The notes: generated from the letters alone by a model not told the origin. Counted from the first letter of the stretch, positions 19,010-29,490 are shown. The stretch: DNA of 64,000 bases from Candidatus Omnitrophota bacterium (GCA_018895075.1 JAHIOW010000066.1:913-64912); one strand, 5' to 3'. A program made the numbers and translations.

Positions 19010-21781
19010 TTATTTTCCTCCTATTGCTGATAAACATCTTGCGCAAATAAAACTGTGACTTTTATCTTTACCTACAGATAGGCAATAGTTCCAGCAACGT
19101 TGACATTTAAGCCCCGAGGCCTTTAAGGCCTCTATTGCAATATCAGGATACTTACTGCTTATAACCAGGGCCGAATCTAAATCTTCCTTTCTTATCACCT
19201 CTACCTGAGATACCTTAAATATCTCAGGTAGGTCGGCTTTAAAGCTTTCTAAGTGTTTATACCTGATTTCATCTTTTGTCAATATATTTATTCTGGCATC
19301 AAAGGAACTGCCGATCTCTGTCTGGCTGCGTTTTGCTTCCAATATCTTGGCTATATCGGGAATTAAATCTATAATTGTTGAAAAATATTCATCTTCTTTA
19401 AAAGTCCGGGAAACCGGCCACTCTAAAAGATGGACGCTGGAATTAATGCCTTTCTTACCGGGCATATGCTGCCATATCTCTTCTGCGGTAAATACCAGCA
19501 TGGGTGCGATCATCCTGACCAAAATACTTAATATCTCATAGATAGTCGTCTGCGCAGCCCTTCTCTGGGAAGAACCAGAGGCATAAGTATAAAGCCGTCC
19601 TTTAACCATATCCAGATAATACATTGATAATTTCTCATTACAGAAATCATAAATAAGTTTATAGGCTTTATAAAACTGAAAGGATTCGTATGTACCCTCG
19701 GCAGCCAACAATACTACACTGGCTGTTCTTAACGCCCATTTATCTATATCTTTGAGGTTTTCATAATTTATTTTATGTATCTGAGGATCAAAATCATATA
19801 AATTACTGAGCATAAATCTGGCTGTATTTCTTATCTTGCGATAGGCCTCGGAAAGCCTGGATAAAATTTCAGGCGAAATCCTGATGTCGTCGTTATAATC
19901 GCTTGAGGCCACCCAGAGCCTTAAGATATCAGCACCGGAATTTTTAATGATATCAAAAGGTAAAATTACATTTCCCAACGATTTAGACATCTTCCTACCT
20001 TGGCCATCAACTACAAAACCATGGGTGAGCACACTTTTAAAAGGGGCTTCTCCATCGATACATAGCGAAGGTATTAGTGAAGATTGAAACCATCCCCGAT
20101 GCTGGTCAGAACCTTCAAGATACAAGGCAGAAGGAAATTCTAAATCCTTTCTTTTCTTTAAGACTGCCTGATTGCTTACCCCGGAATCAAACCAGACATC
20201 CAGAATATCCGAGCCTTTGGAAAATCTATCTCCTTGGCAATGCGGGCATTTCAGGCCTTTTGGTAAGAAATCCTGGATATCTCTTTTAAACCAGCAATCC
20301 GAACCTTCTTCTCTGACTATCTGGGCAACTTTTTTTATTACTGAGCAATCAAGAAATTCCTCTTTGCATCTATCGCAAGATAAAGCCGGTATCGGAACAC
20401 CCCAATACCTCTGGCGTGAAAGGCACCAATCAGGCCTTAGTCTGACCATAGTTGAAATCCTCTCTCGACCGGCTTCAGGAATCCATTGCACATCTTTGTT
20501 TATTACACTAAGGAGCTTCTTTCTTAAGCTTCTATGCTCAAGCCTTAAAAACCACTGTTTTGTTGCCCTAAATATTATCGCACTTTTACAACGCCAGCAA
20601 TGTGGATAAGAATGCCGGACTTTATCTGTAAAAAGCAAGGCCCCTAAATCTTGAAGTCTTTTAATGATAGCCTCATTTGCATCATATACATTTAACCCTT
20701 TGAGATCCCCTGCGGTAGAATCAAAATTACCTTTAGCATCTACCGGCATTATAATCTCTAATTTATACTTTAAGCCGGTTATATAATCCTCATTCCCATG
20801 GCCAGGCGCAGTATGCACCAGGCCTGTGCCTTCATCCCTCAAGACATACTCTGCCAAAACCACCTGACCTTTCCTGGATATAAAGGGATGGTTGTAGCTC
20901 AGGCCCTCTAAATCTTTACCTTTGATTTCTTTTATCAGCTCATAACTATCTATCCCTGCTTGTTCTAACGCCTTCGGCAATAAATCCTTGGCTAAGATGA
21001 GATTGCCCTCCTCCGTCTTTATATAAGAATAAATAAAATCAGGATGTACGGCTACAGCCACATTGGCAACCAGTGTCCAGGGCGTAGTTGTCCATATTAC
21101 CAGATAAGTTTCTTGCCTGTAATTTTCACTTTCATCTAATTGAAATTTAACATATATTGAGGGTGAAATATGGTCTTGATATTCAACCTCTGCCTCTGCC
21201 AGGGCAGTCTCGCATTTAAAACACCAATTAACCGGTTTTAATCCGCGATAGATATAACCTTTCTTAACTAATTCATTAAACGAACTTAATATGGTCTCTT
21301 CATAATCAGGGCTTAAGGTCAAATAAGGATGCTGCCAATCGCCAAATACGCCTAAACGTATGAATTGTTCTTTCTGTATGGAAACATATTTAAGGGCATA
21401 ATCACAGGCCTTTTTTCTAAACTCTACCTGGCTGATTTGATATTTATTAATCTTAAGTTCCTTAAATAACTGGTGTTCCACCGGCAGGCCGTGACAATCC
21501 CAGCCTGGCACGTATGCAGAATCGTATCCGCGCATAGTCTTGTATCTGATAATGATGTCTTTGAGGGTCTTATTCAGGGTATGCCCGATATGTATGTCTC
21601 CGTTTGCATAAGGCGGGCCGTCATGAAGGATATACTTTTTCTTACCCTTTGATTTTTCCCGGATAAGGCGGTAGATACCATTATCCTGCCAATCCTTAAG
21701 AAAAAGGGGCTCCCTTTTAGGCAGGTCTGCCTTCATGGGGAATTTGGTCTGAGGAAGATTGAGAGTATTCTTATAGTCCAT
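19010..21781 (-). CDS. ileS: Isoleucine-tRNA ligase
   Basis: HDGPPYANG, HIGH, GWDCHGLP, WTTTPWT, KMSKS, C-terminal Zn finger. Confidence 0.98.
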   Translation of the reverse strand: MDYKNTLNLPQTKFPMKADLPKREPLFLKDWQDNGIYRLIREKSKGKKKYILHDGPPYANGDIHIGHTLNKTLKDIIIRYKTMRGYDSAYVPGWDCHGLPVEHQLFKELKINKYQISQVEFRKKACDYALKYVSIQKEQFIRLGVFGDWQHPYLTLSPDYEETILSSFNELVKKGYIYRGLKPVNWCFKCETALAEAEVEYQDHISPSIYVKFQLDESENYRQETYLVIWTTTPWTLVANVAVAVHPDFIYSYIKTEEGNLILAKDLLPKALEQAGIDSYELIKEIKGKDLEGLSYNHPFISRKGQVVLAEYVLRDEGTGLVHTAPGHGNEDYITGLKYKLEIIMPVDAKGNFDSTAGDLKGLNVYDANEAIIKRLQDLGALLFTDKVRHSYPHCWRCKSAIIFRATKQWFLRLEHRSLRKKLLSVINKDVQWIPEAGRERISTMVRLRPDWCLSRQRYWGVPIPALSCDRCKEEFLDCSVIKKVAQIVREEGSDCWFKRDIQDFLPKGLKCPHCQGDRFSKGSDILDVWFDSGVSNQAVLKKRKDLEFPSALYLEGSDQHRGWFQSSLIPSLCIDGEAPFKSVLTHGFVVDGQGRKMSKSLGNVILPFDIIKNSGADILRLWVASSDYNDDIRISPEILSRLSEAYRKIRNTARFMLSNLYDFDPQIHKINYENLKDIDKWALRTASVVLLAAEGTYESFQFYKAYKLIYDFCNEKLSMYYLDMVKGRLYTYASGSSQRRAAQTTIYEILSILVRMIAPMLVFTAEEIWQHMPGKKGINSSVHLLEWPVSRTFKEDEYFSTIIDLIPDIAKILEAKRSQTEIGSSFDARINILTKDEIRYKHLESFKADLPEIFKVSQVEVIRKEDLDSALVISSKYPDIAIEALKASGLKCQRCWNYCLSVGKDKSHSFICARCLSAIGGK

Positions 21782-21786
21782 CTTTC

Positions 21787-21887
21787 TAACTCAAAAGTCA
21801 AAACGCAAAAGGTAAAACCACAATTCAAAACTTAAAACTTTTTACTTTTAACTTTTGGTTTTTACTTTTTACTTTTGACTTTTTACT
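21787..21887. repeat. Bipartite heptamer array
   Basis: actcaaaagtcaaaacgcaaaaggtaaaaccacaattcaaaacttaaaac then tttttacttttaacttttggtttttactttttacttttgac. Confidence 0.8.
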
Positions 21888-22748
21888 TTACCTGATATAT
21901 TTTCCGATGATAATCTTTAAATCCTTCTTTATCTTAGCGGGTATAATTTTCTTATCAGTAATGATTGCATGTTTAAGGGTATCGCCACAAGCGCAATTTC
22001 TCTGAGCGGTGAGATTTTTTATCACTGTGGATAGTATCTTCTTGGCATTCTCAACATTCTTGAGTAAATTCTGAATTACCATATCAACGGTCACGCTTTC
22101 ATGTTGCGGATGCCAACAGTCATAGTCGGTTACACAGGCCAGGGTTGAATAACAGATCTCTGCCTCTCTGGCTAACTTAGCTTCAGGCATATTGGTCATG
22201 CCGATAATATCCATACCCCAGCTGCGATAAAGATTTGACTCCGCCAGAGTTGAAAATGCCGGTCCCTCCATATTTATGTAAGTGCCTTTGTTATGTATGG
22301 TTAATTTAAGACTCCTGCCCCCTTCGTATATTATCCTGCTCAGTTCTAAGCATACGGGATTGGCGAAGATGATATGAGCCACTATTCCCTGATCAAAAAA
22401 GGACATCTTTCTTGCCTGATTAGTCCGGTCAACAAACTGGTCTACCACCACAAAATCCAGAGGCTTAATCTCTTCTTTAAGGCTCCCGCAGGCAGTAACC
22501 GAAATAATCCTTTCTACTCCCAGTTTTTTCATCCCGTAGATATTAGCCCGGTAGTTTATTTCACTGGGAGAAATGCGATGCCCTACTCCATGGCGCGGCA
22601 GGAACACTACTTCCTTGCCTTCCAGATTACCAACGATATACTTATCCGAAGGATCCCCAAATGGTGTCTGCACAGCTACTTCTTTTATATCTTTAGTACC
22701 CTCGATCTTATATAGACCGCTGCCTCCGATTATTCCGATACGCCCCAT
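21888..22748 (-). CDS. mtnP: S-methyl-5'-thioadenosine phosphorylase
   Basis: GIIGGSG, LPRHG, MEGPAFST, GMT, VTDYDCW. Confidence 0.94.
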   Translation of the reverse strand: MGRIGIIGGSGLYKIEGTKDIKEVAVQTPFGDPSDKYIVGNLEGKEVVFLPRHGVGHRISPSEINYRANIYGMKKLGVERIISVTACGSLKEEIKPLDFVVVDQFVDRTNQARKMSFFDQGIVAHIIFANPVCLELSRIIYEGGRSLKLTIHNKGTYINMEGPAFSTLAESNLYRSWGMDIIGMTNMPEAKLAREAEICYSTLACVTDYDCWHPQHESVTVDMVIQNLLKNVENAKKILSTVIKNLTAQRNCACGDTLKHAIITDKKIIPAKIKKDLKIIIGKYIR

Positions 22749-22752
22749 TTAT

Positions 22753-23583
22753 TTACTCCTTTTTAGATAATTCCTCTGCGCGCTTCTTCGCTGCCTTTAC
22801 AGCCTCAATCAAAGATCCAGTTGCATGCAAGGCATCTAAACCAGCCAATGTAGTACCCCCTTTAGATGTAATTTGTTTTTTTAGTTCAAGTGGCGGTATT
22901 TTAGTTTCTGCCAATAATAGCTGACAGGCATTGCCTGTGCCTGATGCTATAAATACCGCCTCTTCATGCTTAAGGCCAGATTCCTCTGCAGCTCTTGTCA
23001 GAGAAATAATAAATTCTCTTGTGAATTCTTCAGGATTTTTATTGCCAGCCAGAATTGATTCAATACTATCGAAATAAAAGCCTGGGCCGCTCCCTGATAC
23101 GGCAGTGACAGCAGCCATTTTTTCTTCTTCTATCCTTAAAGTCTTTCCCATATAATCAAATAATTCCTCTGCAAAATCAAAATCTTTCTCTGTGGCAAAT
23201 TTACCTTTTGACAAACAAGAAATCCCATGGCCAACCTTTATCCCCATATTTGGCATAACCCTGACAACCCTAACATCTCCTAGCGTCCTCTCAATATATC
23301 TTGTACTTATCCCGGCGGCTATAGAGACTATCAACTTATCCTTTATTAGGTATTTCTTAATTTCCTCTAGAACATCATCAAAATCCTGTGGTTTTACAGC
23401 TAATATCACTGCATCAACCTTATTTACCAAATCCACCAAATTATTGGCAACATTTATCTCTGAAAGACTCTTAGTTTTAGTTCTGTCTTTATCAAAAACC
23501 CAAAGCCGATGTTTTGATTTAATTCCTTCGCTAATGACAGAACCCATATTTCCAAAACCTATTATACCTATGGTTTTTTTCAT
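22753..23583 (-). CDS. proC: Pyrroline-5-carboxylate reductase
   Basis: GFGNMG, AVKPQ, SIAAG, RVMPN, SGSGP, TSKGGTT. Confidence 0.94.
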   Translation of the reverse strand: MKKTIGIIGFGNMGSVISEGIKSKHRLWVFDKDRTKTKSLSEINVANNLVDLVNKVDAVILAVKPQDFDDVLEEIKKYLIKDKLIVSIAAGISTRYIERTLGDVRVVRVMPNMGIKVGHGISCLSKGKFATEKDFDFAEELFDYMGKTLRIEEEKMAAVTAVSGSGPGFYFDSIESILAGNKNPEEFTREFIISLTRAAEESGLKHEEAVFIASGTGNACQLLLAETKIPPLELKKQITSKGGTTLAGLDALHATGSLIEAVKAAKKRAEELSKKE

Positions 23584-24249
23584 CTAACTCTCGAATATTG
23601 CCCGGCCTAATCTTACCATATTAGAGCCTTCCTCTATTGCTACCCCAAAATCATCCGTCATGCCCATTGATAAAAGTTGTAAGTTGTAAGTTGTAAGTTG
23701 TAAATTATTAATTTTATCTCTTAGTTTCCGCAATAACCGGAAATAAGGCCTGGCTTTTTGAGGGTCATCTACAATTGGAGCAATAGTCATCAGGCCTTTG
23801 ACGTTTACGTTTTTAAATTCAACTATCTTTTTTATAACCTCAACTGCCTCTTCGGGTTTTAAGCCGGATTTGTTGGATTCAGCAGAAGTATTAACCTGGA
23901 GTAAGATGTCTTGAGTCTTATCTATCCGCGCTGCCTGTTTATCTATCTCAGAGGCCAAACGCAGGCTGTCTACGGACTGGATTAAATCAAAAATTCTTAC
24001 CACTTCTTTTACCTTATTAGTCTGTAAGTGGCCGACCATATGCCACTTTATAGTTTGGAGTTTTGAGTTATGAGTTATGAGTTCGTTATATTTAACGACT
24101 GCTTCCTGGACTCTGTTTTCTCCAATATCAGTTATGCCGGCTGCTATGGCTTCTTTTATTTGTTCCGGCGTCCTGGCCTTGCTTACAGCGACAATAGTTA
24201 CTGAATTAGGAATGTGCCCCCTTACCTTAAGGACATTGTCTCTGATCAT
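23584..24249 (-). CDS. yggS: PLP homeostasis protein YggS
   Basis: VAVSK, GENRVQE, WHMVGHLQTNK, GLMTI, LSMGM, VRLGRAIF; two heptamer inserts. Confidence 0.95.
   Translation of the reverse strand: MIRDNVLKVRGHIPNSVTIVAVSKARTPEQIKEAIAAGITDIGENRVQEAVVKYNELITHNSKLQTIKWHMVGHLQTNKVKEVVRIFDLIQSVDSLRLASEIDKQAARIDKTQDILLQVNTSAESNKSGLKPEEAVEVIKKIVEFKNVNVKGLMTIAPIVDDPQKARPYFRLLRKLRDKINNLQLTTYNLQLLSMGMTDDFGVAIEEGSNMVRLGRAIFES
23674..23701. repeat. (AAGTTGT)4 inside yggS
   Basis: Four perfect copies; encodes LQLTTYNLQL. Confidence 0.9.
24051..24085. repeat. Five degenerate GAGTTNN heptamers inside yggS
   Basis: tagtttg gagtttt gagttat gagttat gagttcg; encodes ELITHNSKLQT. Confidence 0.8.
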
Positions 24250-24288
24250 TTATCAATATTAATCCCAATAAGTTCTGAATTAAAACAT

Positions 24289-24316
24289 ATTATACCTCAT
24301 AAAACTACCGGGTCAA
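24289..24316 (-). promoter_or_regulatory. Putative sigma70 promoter directly after the ftsA stop
   Basis: TTGACC-16 nt-TATAAT on the minus strand. Confidence 0.6.
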
Positions 24317-25570
24317 TTAAAAGTATTCCTGATAGACCTCTTTGACTCTATTAATTATGTTAAGGAAAGGATTACGGGCAGGCCCCCTGGCATAAGGAAA
24401 TTGAGTTTGGCCATTATACAGCAACTGAGAGATTATGCCTAAGGGGATAAGATAGGTTAGATATCTTCCTGAGGTAAGAGCATCGTTTTTATTTACTAAA
24501 GAGGCCATACTGGGATGGGTAATGCGCGCTATTTTGACTGAGACCCCTAAGGTATCCTCTAATCCCTCAAGGAATCCTTCTAACAATACACTCCTTCCTG
24601 ATATTACAAAATTATTCACCTCATCACAAGGAATCTTTTTTTGTATTCTATCCTTTATAGTTTCATAGATTAATTTTGCCTTAGAGGTTATTATCTCTGA
24701 GACCAGGCTTTGTTTTATCGGTTTATATATATTATTCTTTTTTATCAAGATTTCCTGATCCTCCTTTGTCTGGCTGGAATCTGCCACTATCGCATATGAC
24801 CTCTTGATATCTTCGGCTAACTCCAAAGGTATTCTTAATGCCTCGGATAGCCCTTCTGTTAAATCATTGCCGCCGATGGATAAAACTTCAATATCGCGCA
24901 GTAGTCCCTCTTTAAATACTAGCAATTCGGTTATGTCGCTGCCTATATCACAAAGTATATTTATACCCTGCTTAAGTTCTTTGCCGAAAACGACCCCACT
25001 CGTTGCTATCCCAGAAAAAAAGAGTTCTTTCATTTCATAGCCCGCCTGATTTACTACGCGCAGGAGGCTCTGTAAAGAAGCTGTCTTGGCGCAGACCAAA
25101 TATAAGTCTACTTCCAACCTATGGCTGTATAGCCCAAGAGGGTTTAAAATGTTGCTTTTTGAGTCTATATTATAACTAAAAGGTATCTGGTGGATTATTT
25201 CTTCTTCGAGGCTCAAGCCCAATATCCGCGCCTGCTCATTTACCTTACGTATGTCGCTGCCTGTTATAATTCTACTTGCCCTCTCAGCAAGCGGTATAAC
25301 GGCATGGCTGTTTTTAGTAATTATCTGGCCTCCAGAAAGATTCAGATTCAGGGATTTGATATTTATACCGGATTTAACTTTTAAATTTTTTAAGGTGCGG
25401 GCCAGACAATCGCTTAACTCTATAGAATCTATAATTATACCTTTTTGCATACCCTTGACAGGCAAGCTCTCAAAGAAGATATCGGCGATACAGCCTCTTT
25501 TAATCTGAGCAACCGCGGAGGCGATTTTACTTGAGCCAATATCTAATGCGCAAATATAATTAGCGAACAT
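24317..25570 (-). CDS. ftsA: Cell division protein FtsA (divergent)
   Basis: ALDIGSSKI, 1C-domain region (IIHQIP, NPLGL), GGNDLT, C-terminal amphipathic helix; follows ftsQ. Confidence 0.85.
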   Translation of the reverse strand: MFANYICALDIGSSKIASAVAQIKRGCIADIFFESLPVKGMQKGIIIDSIELSDCLARTLKNLKVKSGINIKSLNLNLSGGQIITKNSHAVIPLAERASRIITGSDIRKVNEQARILGLSLEEEIIHQIPFSYNIDSKSNILNPLGLYSHRLEVDLYLVCAKTASLQSLLRVVNQAGYEMKELFFSGIATSGVVFGKELKQGINILCDIGSDITELLVFKEGLLRDIEVLSIGGNDLTEGLSEALRIPLELAEDIKRSYAIVADSSQTKEDQEILIKKNNIYKPIKQSLVSEIITSKAKLIYETIKDRIQKKIPCDEVNNFVISGRSVLLEGFLEGLEDTLGVSVKIARITHPSMASLVNKNDALTSGRYLTYLIPLGIISQLLYNGQTQFPYARGPARNPFLNIINRVKEVYQEYF

Positions 25571-26333
25571 CTTTAAATTTTATCACCGCTTCTTTAAATC
25601 TCAGGTCAATATATTTTATATTACCGAGGCCGTTCTTTATCCGGGCCTCCCCCAGTAATGTGTTTAAAATATTAATCTTATTTTTAAGTTCACCCTCTCC
25701 AATCTTTACTACTAAACCTTCCAGCAAAGAAAAGGATGCACTACCAGGATCTCTGACATCCACTGTTCTTAATTTATAATCTTGCATCCTCTTATTATTA
25801 TTTATTGTTTTTATTATATTTAAAGCTAGCGTCAACTCTTTGATGTCATATTTCCGGGCTACTTTAGGGCCAAAGATCTTTGTCTCTAATCCTAAAATAA
25901 TAGGTAGAACATCTGTCTCTAATTCAGGCGGCGGGTCAAAGAGGATCTGGTCTTGGTCCACGCAGAAATATCGATATAGCTTTACCAAGGCCAGGGGCTT
26001 GCGTTTTATAAAGTCTATAAATAACCGATTGGGTAAAACCCTGATTAATCTAATCTTCTTGTACGTCGGGTAGAGTTTTAATATATATCTTGATTCCCTG
26101 TTTAAATCAATATCGAAAATATTCTGGCCTTTAAGGTAAGAAAATTCATCCGGCTGGCCTTGGCTGGCTATAATGCCTTTTATCTTAAAATAATCTAATT
26201 TCTTTAATGCCTTCCCCAAATACCCAATGATCAAACAGCCGCTGACAACAACAACGATGAAGATTATTGGCTTAACCGGAAAGTTGCGTAACTTTATCCG
26301 GGGAAGACGTAATTTTATCTTTGGCTTTTTCAT
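25560..26333 (-). CDS. ftsQ: FtsQ/DivIB family protein
   Basis: Basic N-terminus, TM, POTRA-like region (RVLPNRL), C-terminal YIDLRF; between ddl and ftsA. Confidence 0.8.
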   Translation of the reverse strand: MKKPKIKLRLPRIKLRNFPVKPIIFIVVVVSGCLIIGYLGKALKKLDYFKIKGIIASQGQPDEFSYLKGQNIFDIDLNRESRYILKLYPTYKKIRLIRVLPNRLFIDFIKRKPLALVKLYRYFCVDQDQILFDPPPELETDVLPIILGLETKIFGPKVARKYDIKELTLALNIIKTINNNKRMQDYKLRTVDVRDPGSASFSLLEGLVVKIGEGELKNKINILNTLLGEARIKNGLGNIKYIDLRFKEAVIKFKDVR

Positions 26334-27285
26334 ATGCTAATCTGATTAAGTTAAGGCACAACTGGTCAAATTCGATACCGGCTACCTTGGCTGCCTTAGG
26401 CAGAAGACTGGTAGTTGTAAGGCCAGGTATAGAATTAAGCTCTAAAACATAAGGGATATCCTCTGTACTTAAAATCATATCCGCCCTGGAGAAACCAGAA
26501 CAACCCAAAAGGTTATGCGCTGACATAGCTATAGATTGGATGCTTTTGGCAATCCCTTCTTCTAACTGTGCCGGTGCTATATATTCTGTAACTCCCGGCT
26601 GATATTTAGCCTCGTAATCAAAAAATTTTCTCTTAGGGACTATCTCTATTACGGGTAATGCCCTATCATCCAATATGCCTACTGTCACCTCTCTGCCCTG
26701 AATATGCTCCTCAATAATTATCCTTTCATCAAAAGTGAATGCTAAGCCGATGGCCTTGTGTAATTCTTTCTCTGCCTCCACTATGCTCATGCCAATACTG
26801 GAGCCATGCGCGGCAGGTTTTACCACTAAAGGTAAAATAAGATTGTCCGTAATGTAACCGGGGAGGCTATTGTTATAAAAAGACTTCTCTAATACCTCAT
26901 ACCTGGGTACTATCAATCCAGCCCCTTGAAATACCTTACGTGAGGCAATCTTATCCATAGCCAAACTGCTTGCCAGGCGGTCTGAGCCGGTATAAGAAAT
27001 ATTCAAATTATCCAGCATCTCCTGGATTTGCCCGTCTTCACCAAAACGGCCATGCAGGGCTATGAATGCACAATCTATCTTATGTGCTCTTATTAATTCA
27101 ATATTTTCTTCTATATTATCTGTCTTTATATCAATAGCTACTACCTCAGGCATCATTTGTTTCAAGGCTTCATAGACAGCCTTTCCGGATGCCAGTGAAA
27201 TAATCCTTTCTGTAGAAGGCCCCCCCATCAAAACAGCAATCCTGCCAAATTGAGCAGCTAGAGGGTCAATCTTTGTTATTGCCAT
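26272..27285 (-). CDS. ddl: D-alanine-D-alanine ligase
   Basis: GGPSTER, LHGRFGEDG, VVKP, GSSIG, YEAKY, ELNSIPG. Confidence 0.96.
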   Translation of the reverse strand: MAITKIDPLAAQFGRIAVLMGGPSTERIISLASGKAVYEALKQMMPEVVAIDIKTDNIEENIELIRAHKIDCAFIALHGRFGEDGQIQEMLDNLNISYTGSDRLASSLAMDKIASRKVFQGAGLIVPRYEVLEKSFYNNSLPGYITDNLILPLVVKPAAHGSSIGMSIVEAEKELHKAIGLAFTFDERIIIEEHIQGREVTVGILDDRALPVIEIVPKRKFFDYEAKYQPGVTEYIAPAQLEEGIAKSIQSIAMSAHNLLGCSGFSRADMILSTEDIPYVLELNSIPGLTTTSLLPKAAKVAGIEFDQLCLNLIRLAYEKAKDKITSSPDKVTQLSG

Positions 27286-28157
27286 ATCTTTATTTCCGGT
27301 TCTAAGGTTATATTAAATTTGGCCTTTACTCTTTTCTTTATCAAGCCCATTAACCTCAGGATATCTTTGGCGCTTGCATTCTTAAAATTTAATATAAAAT
27401 TTGCATGCCTTAAAGAGATAGATGCGCCCCCAATCCTTGTTCCTTTTAAGCCGCAGAGGTCTATCAATCTACCTGCTGATCTGCCTCTTGGGTTCTTAAA
27501 GGCGCAGCCAGCAGAGGGCAAAGATAAATCTTGAGTGAGCCGACGGTAATTAAGGTATCTATCCGTTTTGTCCTTTATCTGTTGTTTATTCTTTTTAAAC
27601 AGTTTCAAGCGCGCATGTAAAATTATATACTTTGATAAACCAGAACGCCGATAACCAAATTCTATATTTTTTTTATTTAAAATCTTGATTTTCCCCTGGC
27701 CATCCAGCACTGTAACGTCCTTTATGAGGTCTGCAATCCTGGCCTCAGGTATACCCGCATTCATTACCAATGCCCCGCCTATAGTGCCGGGGATACCCCC
27801 TAAGAACTCGCTACCTGATAAGCCATGTCTTTGCGCTTGTAGAACAACCTGCTTAAGCATTGCTGCGCTACCTGCCTGAAGATAATCGCCATTGAAAAAT
27901 AACCTCTTAAAACAAGGTGCATTCAGGCATATAACCGCATGATCCAAACCCTTATCAGAGGCTAAAATATTACTCCCTGCGCCGATTATTAAAAAAGGCA
28001 CCTTATGTCTTTTTAATAAGTTGAACGCTGATTTTAAACCCTCAATGTCTCTGGGCTCAATAAAGAATTTAGCTCTACCGCCAACCTTAAATGTCGTATG
28101 CTTCTTTAGCGGCTCATTTAACCTGATCTTGCCTCTTAAGTCTTTCCACCAACTCAT
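27276..28157 (-). CDS. murB: UDP-N-acetylenolpyruvoylglucosamine reductase
   Basis: HTTFKVGG, GAGSN, GIPGTIGG..MNAG, SAGCAFKNP, HANF, LEPEI. Confidence 0.95.
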   Translation of the reverse strand: MSWWKDLRGKIRLNEPLKKHTTFKVGGRAKFFIEPRDIEGLKSAFNLLKRHKVPFLIIGAGSNILASDKGLDHAVICLNAPCFKRLFFNGDYLQAGSAAMLKQVVLQAQRHGLSGSEFLGGIPGTIGGALVMNAGIPEARIADLIKDVTVLDGQGKIKILNKKNIEFGYRRSGLSKYIILHARLKLFKKNKQQIKDKTDRYLNYRRLTQDLSLPSAGCAFKNPRGRSAGRLIDLCGLKGTRIGGASISLRHANFILNFKNASAKDILRLMGLIKKRVKAKFNITLEPEIKIWQ

Positions 28158-29490
28158 CAGAAGTTCTCCCAATATCGCCTGCCCCTAATGTAATTACCAG
28201 GTCCTGCGGTTTTATAATCTCTAAAATGTGTCCCGTTATTTCTTCTTTAGGCAAAAATCGTAACTTTTTATTTGGGTTATACTCTTTTATCTTATCGCAC
28301 ATAGAGCTGCCACTGATTCCTTCCAAGGGCAACTCAGAAGCCGCATAGATATCGGTCACAACCAGGTAATCGGCTAAATCAAAACTCTTTGCGAATTCAT
28401 CTAGAAGCAGCTTTGTGCGCGTAAAACGGTGCGGCTGAAATACAACAATTATCCTCTTAACTTTTAAATTTTTTACTGCCTCAAGGGCCGCCCTTATCTC
28501 TGTGGGGTGGTGGGCATAGTCGTCGATAACCAGGTATCTTTCGTCCCTAAACTTAATCTCCAGGCGCCTGGCAACACCCTTATAGCCTGAAAGTACCTTC
28601 TTAATCATCCCTAATTTTATATCCAGCTTGAGCCCTAAGGCGATTACTGAAAGGGCATTAGAAATATTATGCTCACCGCCCAGCGCCAGATGAAATCTAT
28701 CCACAAGTTTATCTTTATAAAAACAATCGAATTCAGAACTCAGGCCATTCATTTTTATATTCCGCGGGTATACATCGGCATTTTTTTTAAGGCCAAATGA
28801 CAGATAACTCTTTTTATAATCCTTTAATATATTCTTTATATTGATATCATCATTGCAACAAAAGGCACAGCCATCTTCTTGCGTCTTATTTAAGAATTCC
28901 TTAAAGGCATTGACCACATTTTTAAAGTCACTGTAGTAATCAATATGTTCGTAGTCTATATTGGTAATGATAGAGTATTTAGGCTGGTAACATAAAAAAG
29001 AACCGTCGGATTCGTCTGCCTCGGCCACAAAAAATTTACCATTCCCCAAAGAGGCATTGGTATCTATATTTCTTAAAATACCGCCTATGGCTACAGTAGG
29101 GGAAAAACCCGACTCTAATAATAAACAGGATACTAAAGAAGTGGTTGTAGTCTTACCGTGGCTGCCAGAGACCGTAACCACAACCTTGCCTTCCATCAGT
29201 TTAGCCAGGGCCTCTGCCCTTTTCATCAAAAGAATACCTAATCTTTTTGCCCGGGTAATCTCTGGGTTATCCGTCTTAATGGCAGAGGAATAAATAATTA
29301 AATTAGCGCCTGCAATATTTTTAGGGTTGTGTCCGATAAAAATTTGGGCTCCTAACCTCTTGAGTTCATCCGTCGTCTTACTTTCTTTTAAGTCTGAACC
29401 GCTTATCTTTATGCCGCGACGCAGAAAAAGTTGTGCAATCCCGCTCATCCCGATACCGCCTATACCAATCAAGTGATAGTGCCTATTCAT
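28114..29490 (-). CDS. murC: UDP-N-acetylmuramate-L-alanine ligase
   Basis: GIGGIGMSG, GSHGKTTT, EADESD, DDYAHHP, FQPHR. Confidence 0.97.
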   Translation of the reverse strand: MNRHYHLIGIGGIGMSGIAQLFLRRGIKISGSDLKESKTTDELKRLGAQIFIGHNPKNIAGANLIIYSSAIKTDNPEITRAKRLGILLMKRAEALAKLMEGKVVVTVSGSHGKTTTTSLVSCLLLESGFSPTVAIGGILRNIDTNASLGNGKFFVAEADESDGSFLCYQPKYSIITNIDYEHIDYYSDFKNVVNAFKEFLNKTQEDGCAFCCNDDINIKNILKDYKKSYLSFGLKKNADVYPRNIKMNGLSSEFDCFYKDKLVDRFHLALGGEHNISNALSVIALGLKLDIKLGMIKKVLSGYKGVARRLEIKFRDERYLVIDDYAHHPTEIRAALEAVKNLKVKRIIVVFQPHRFTRTKLLLDEFAKSFDLADYLVVTDIYAASELPLEGISGSSMCDKIKEYNPNKKLRFLPKEEITGHILEIIKPQDLVITLGAGDIGRTSDELVERLKRQDQVK

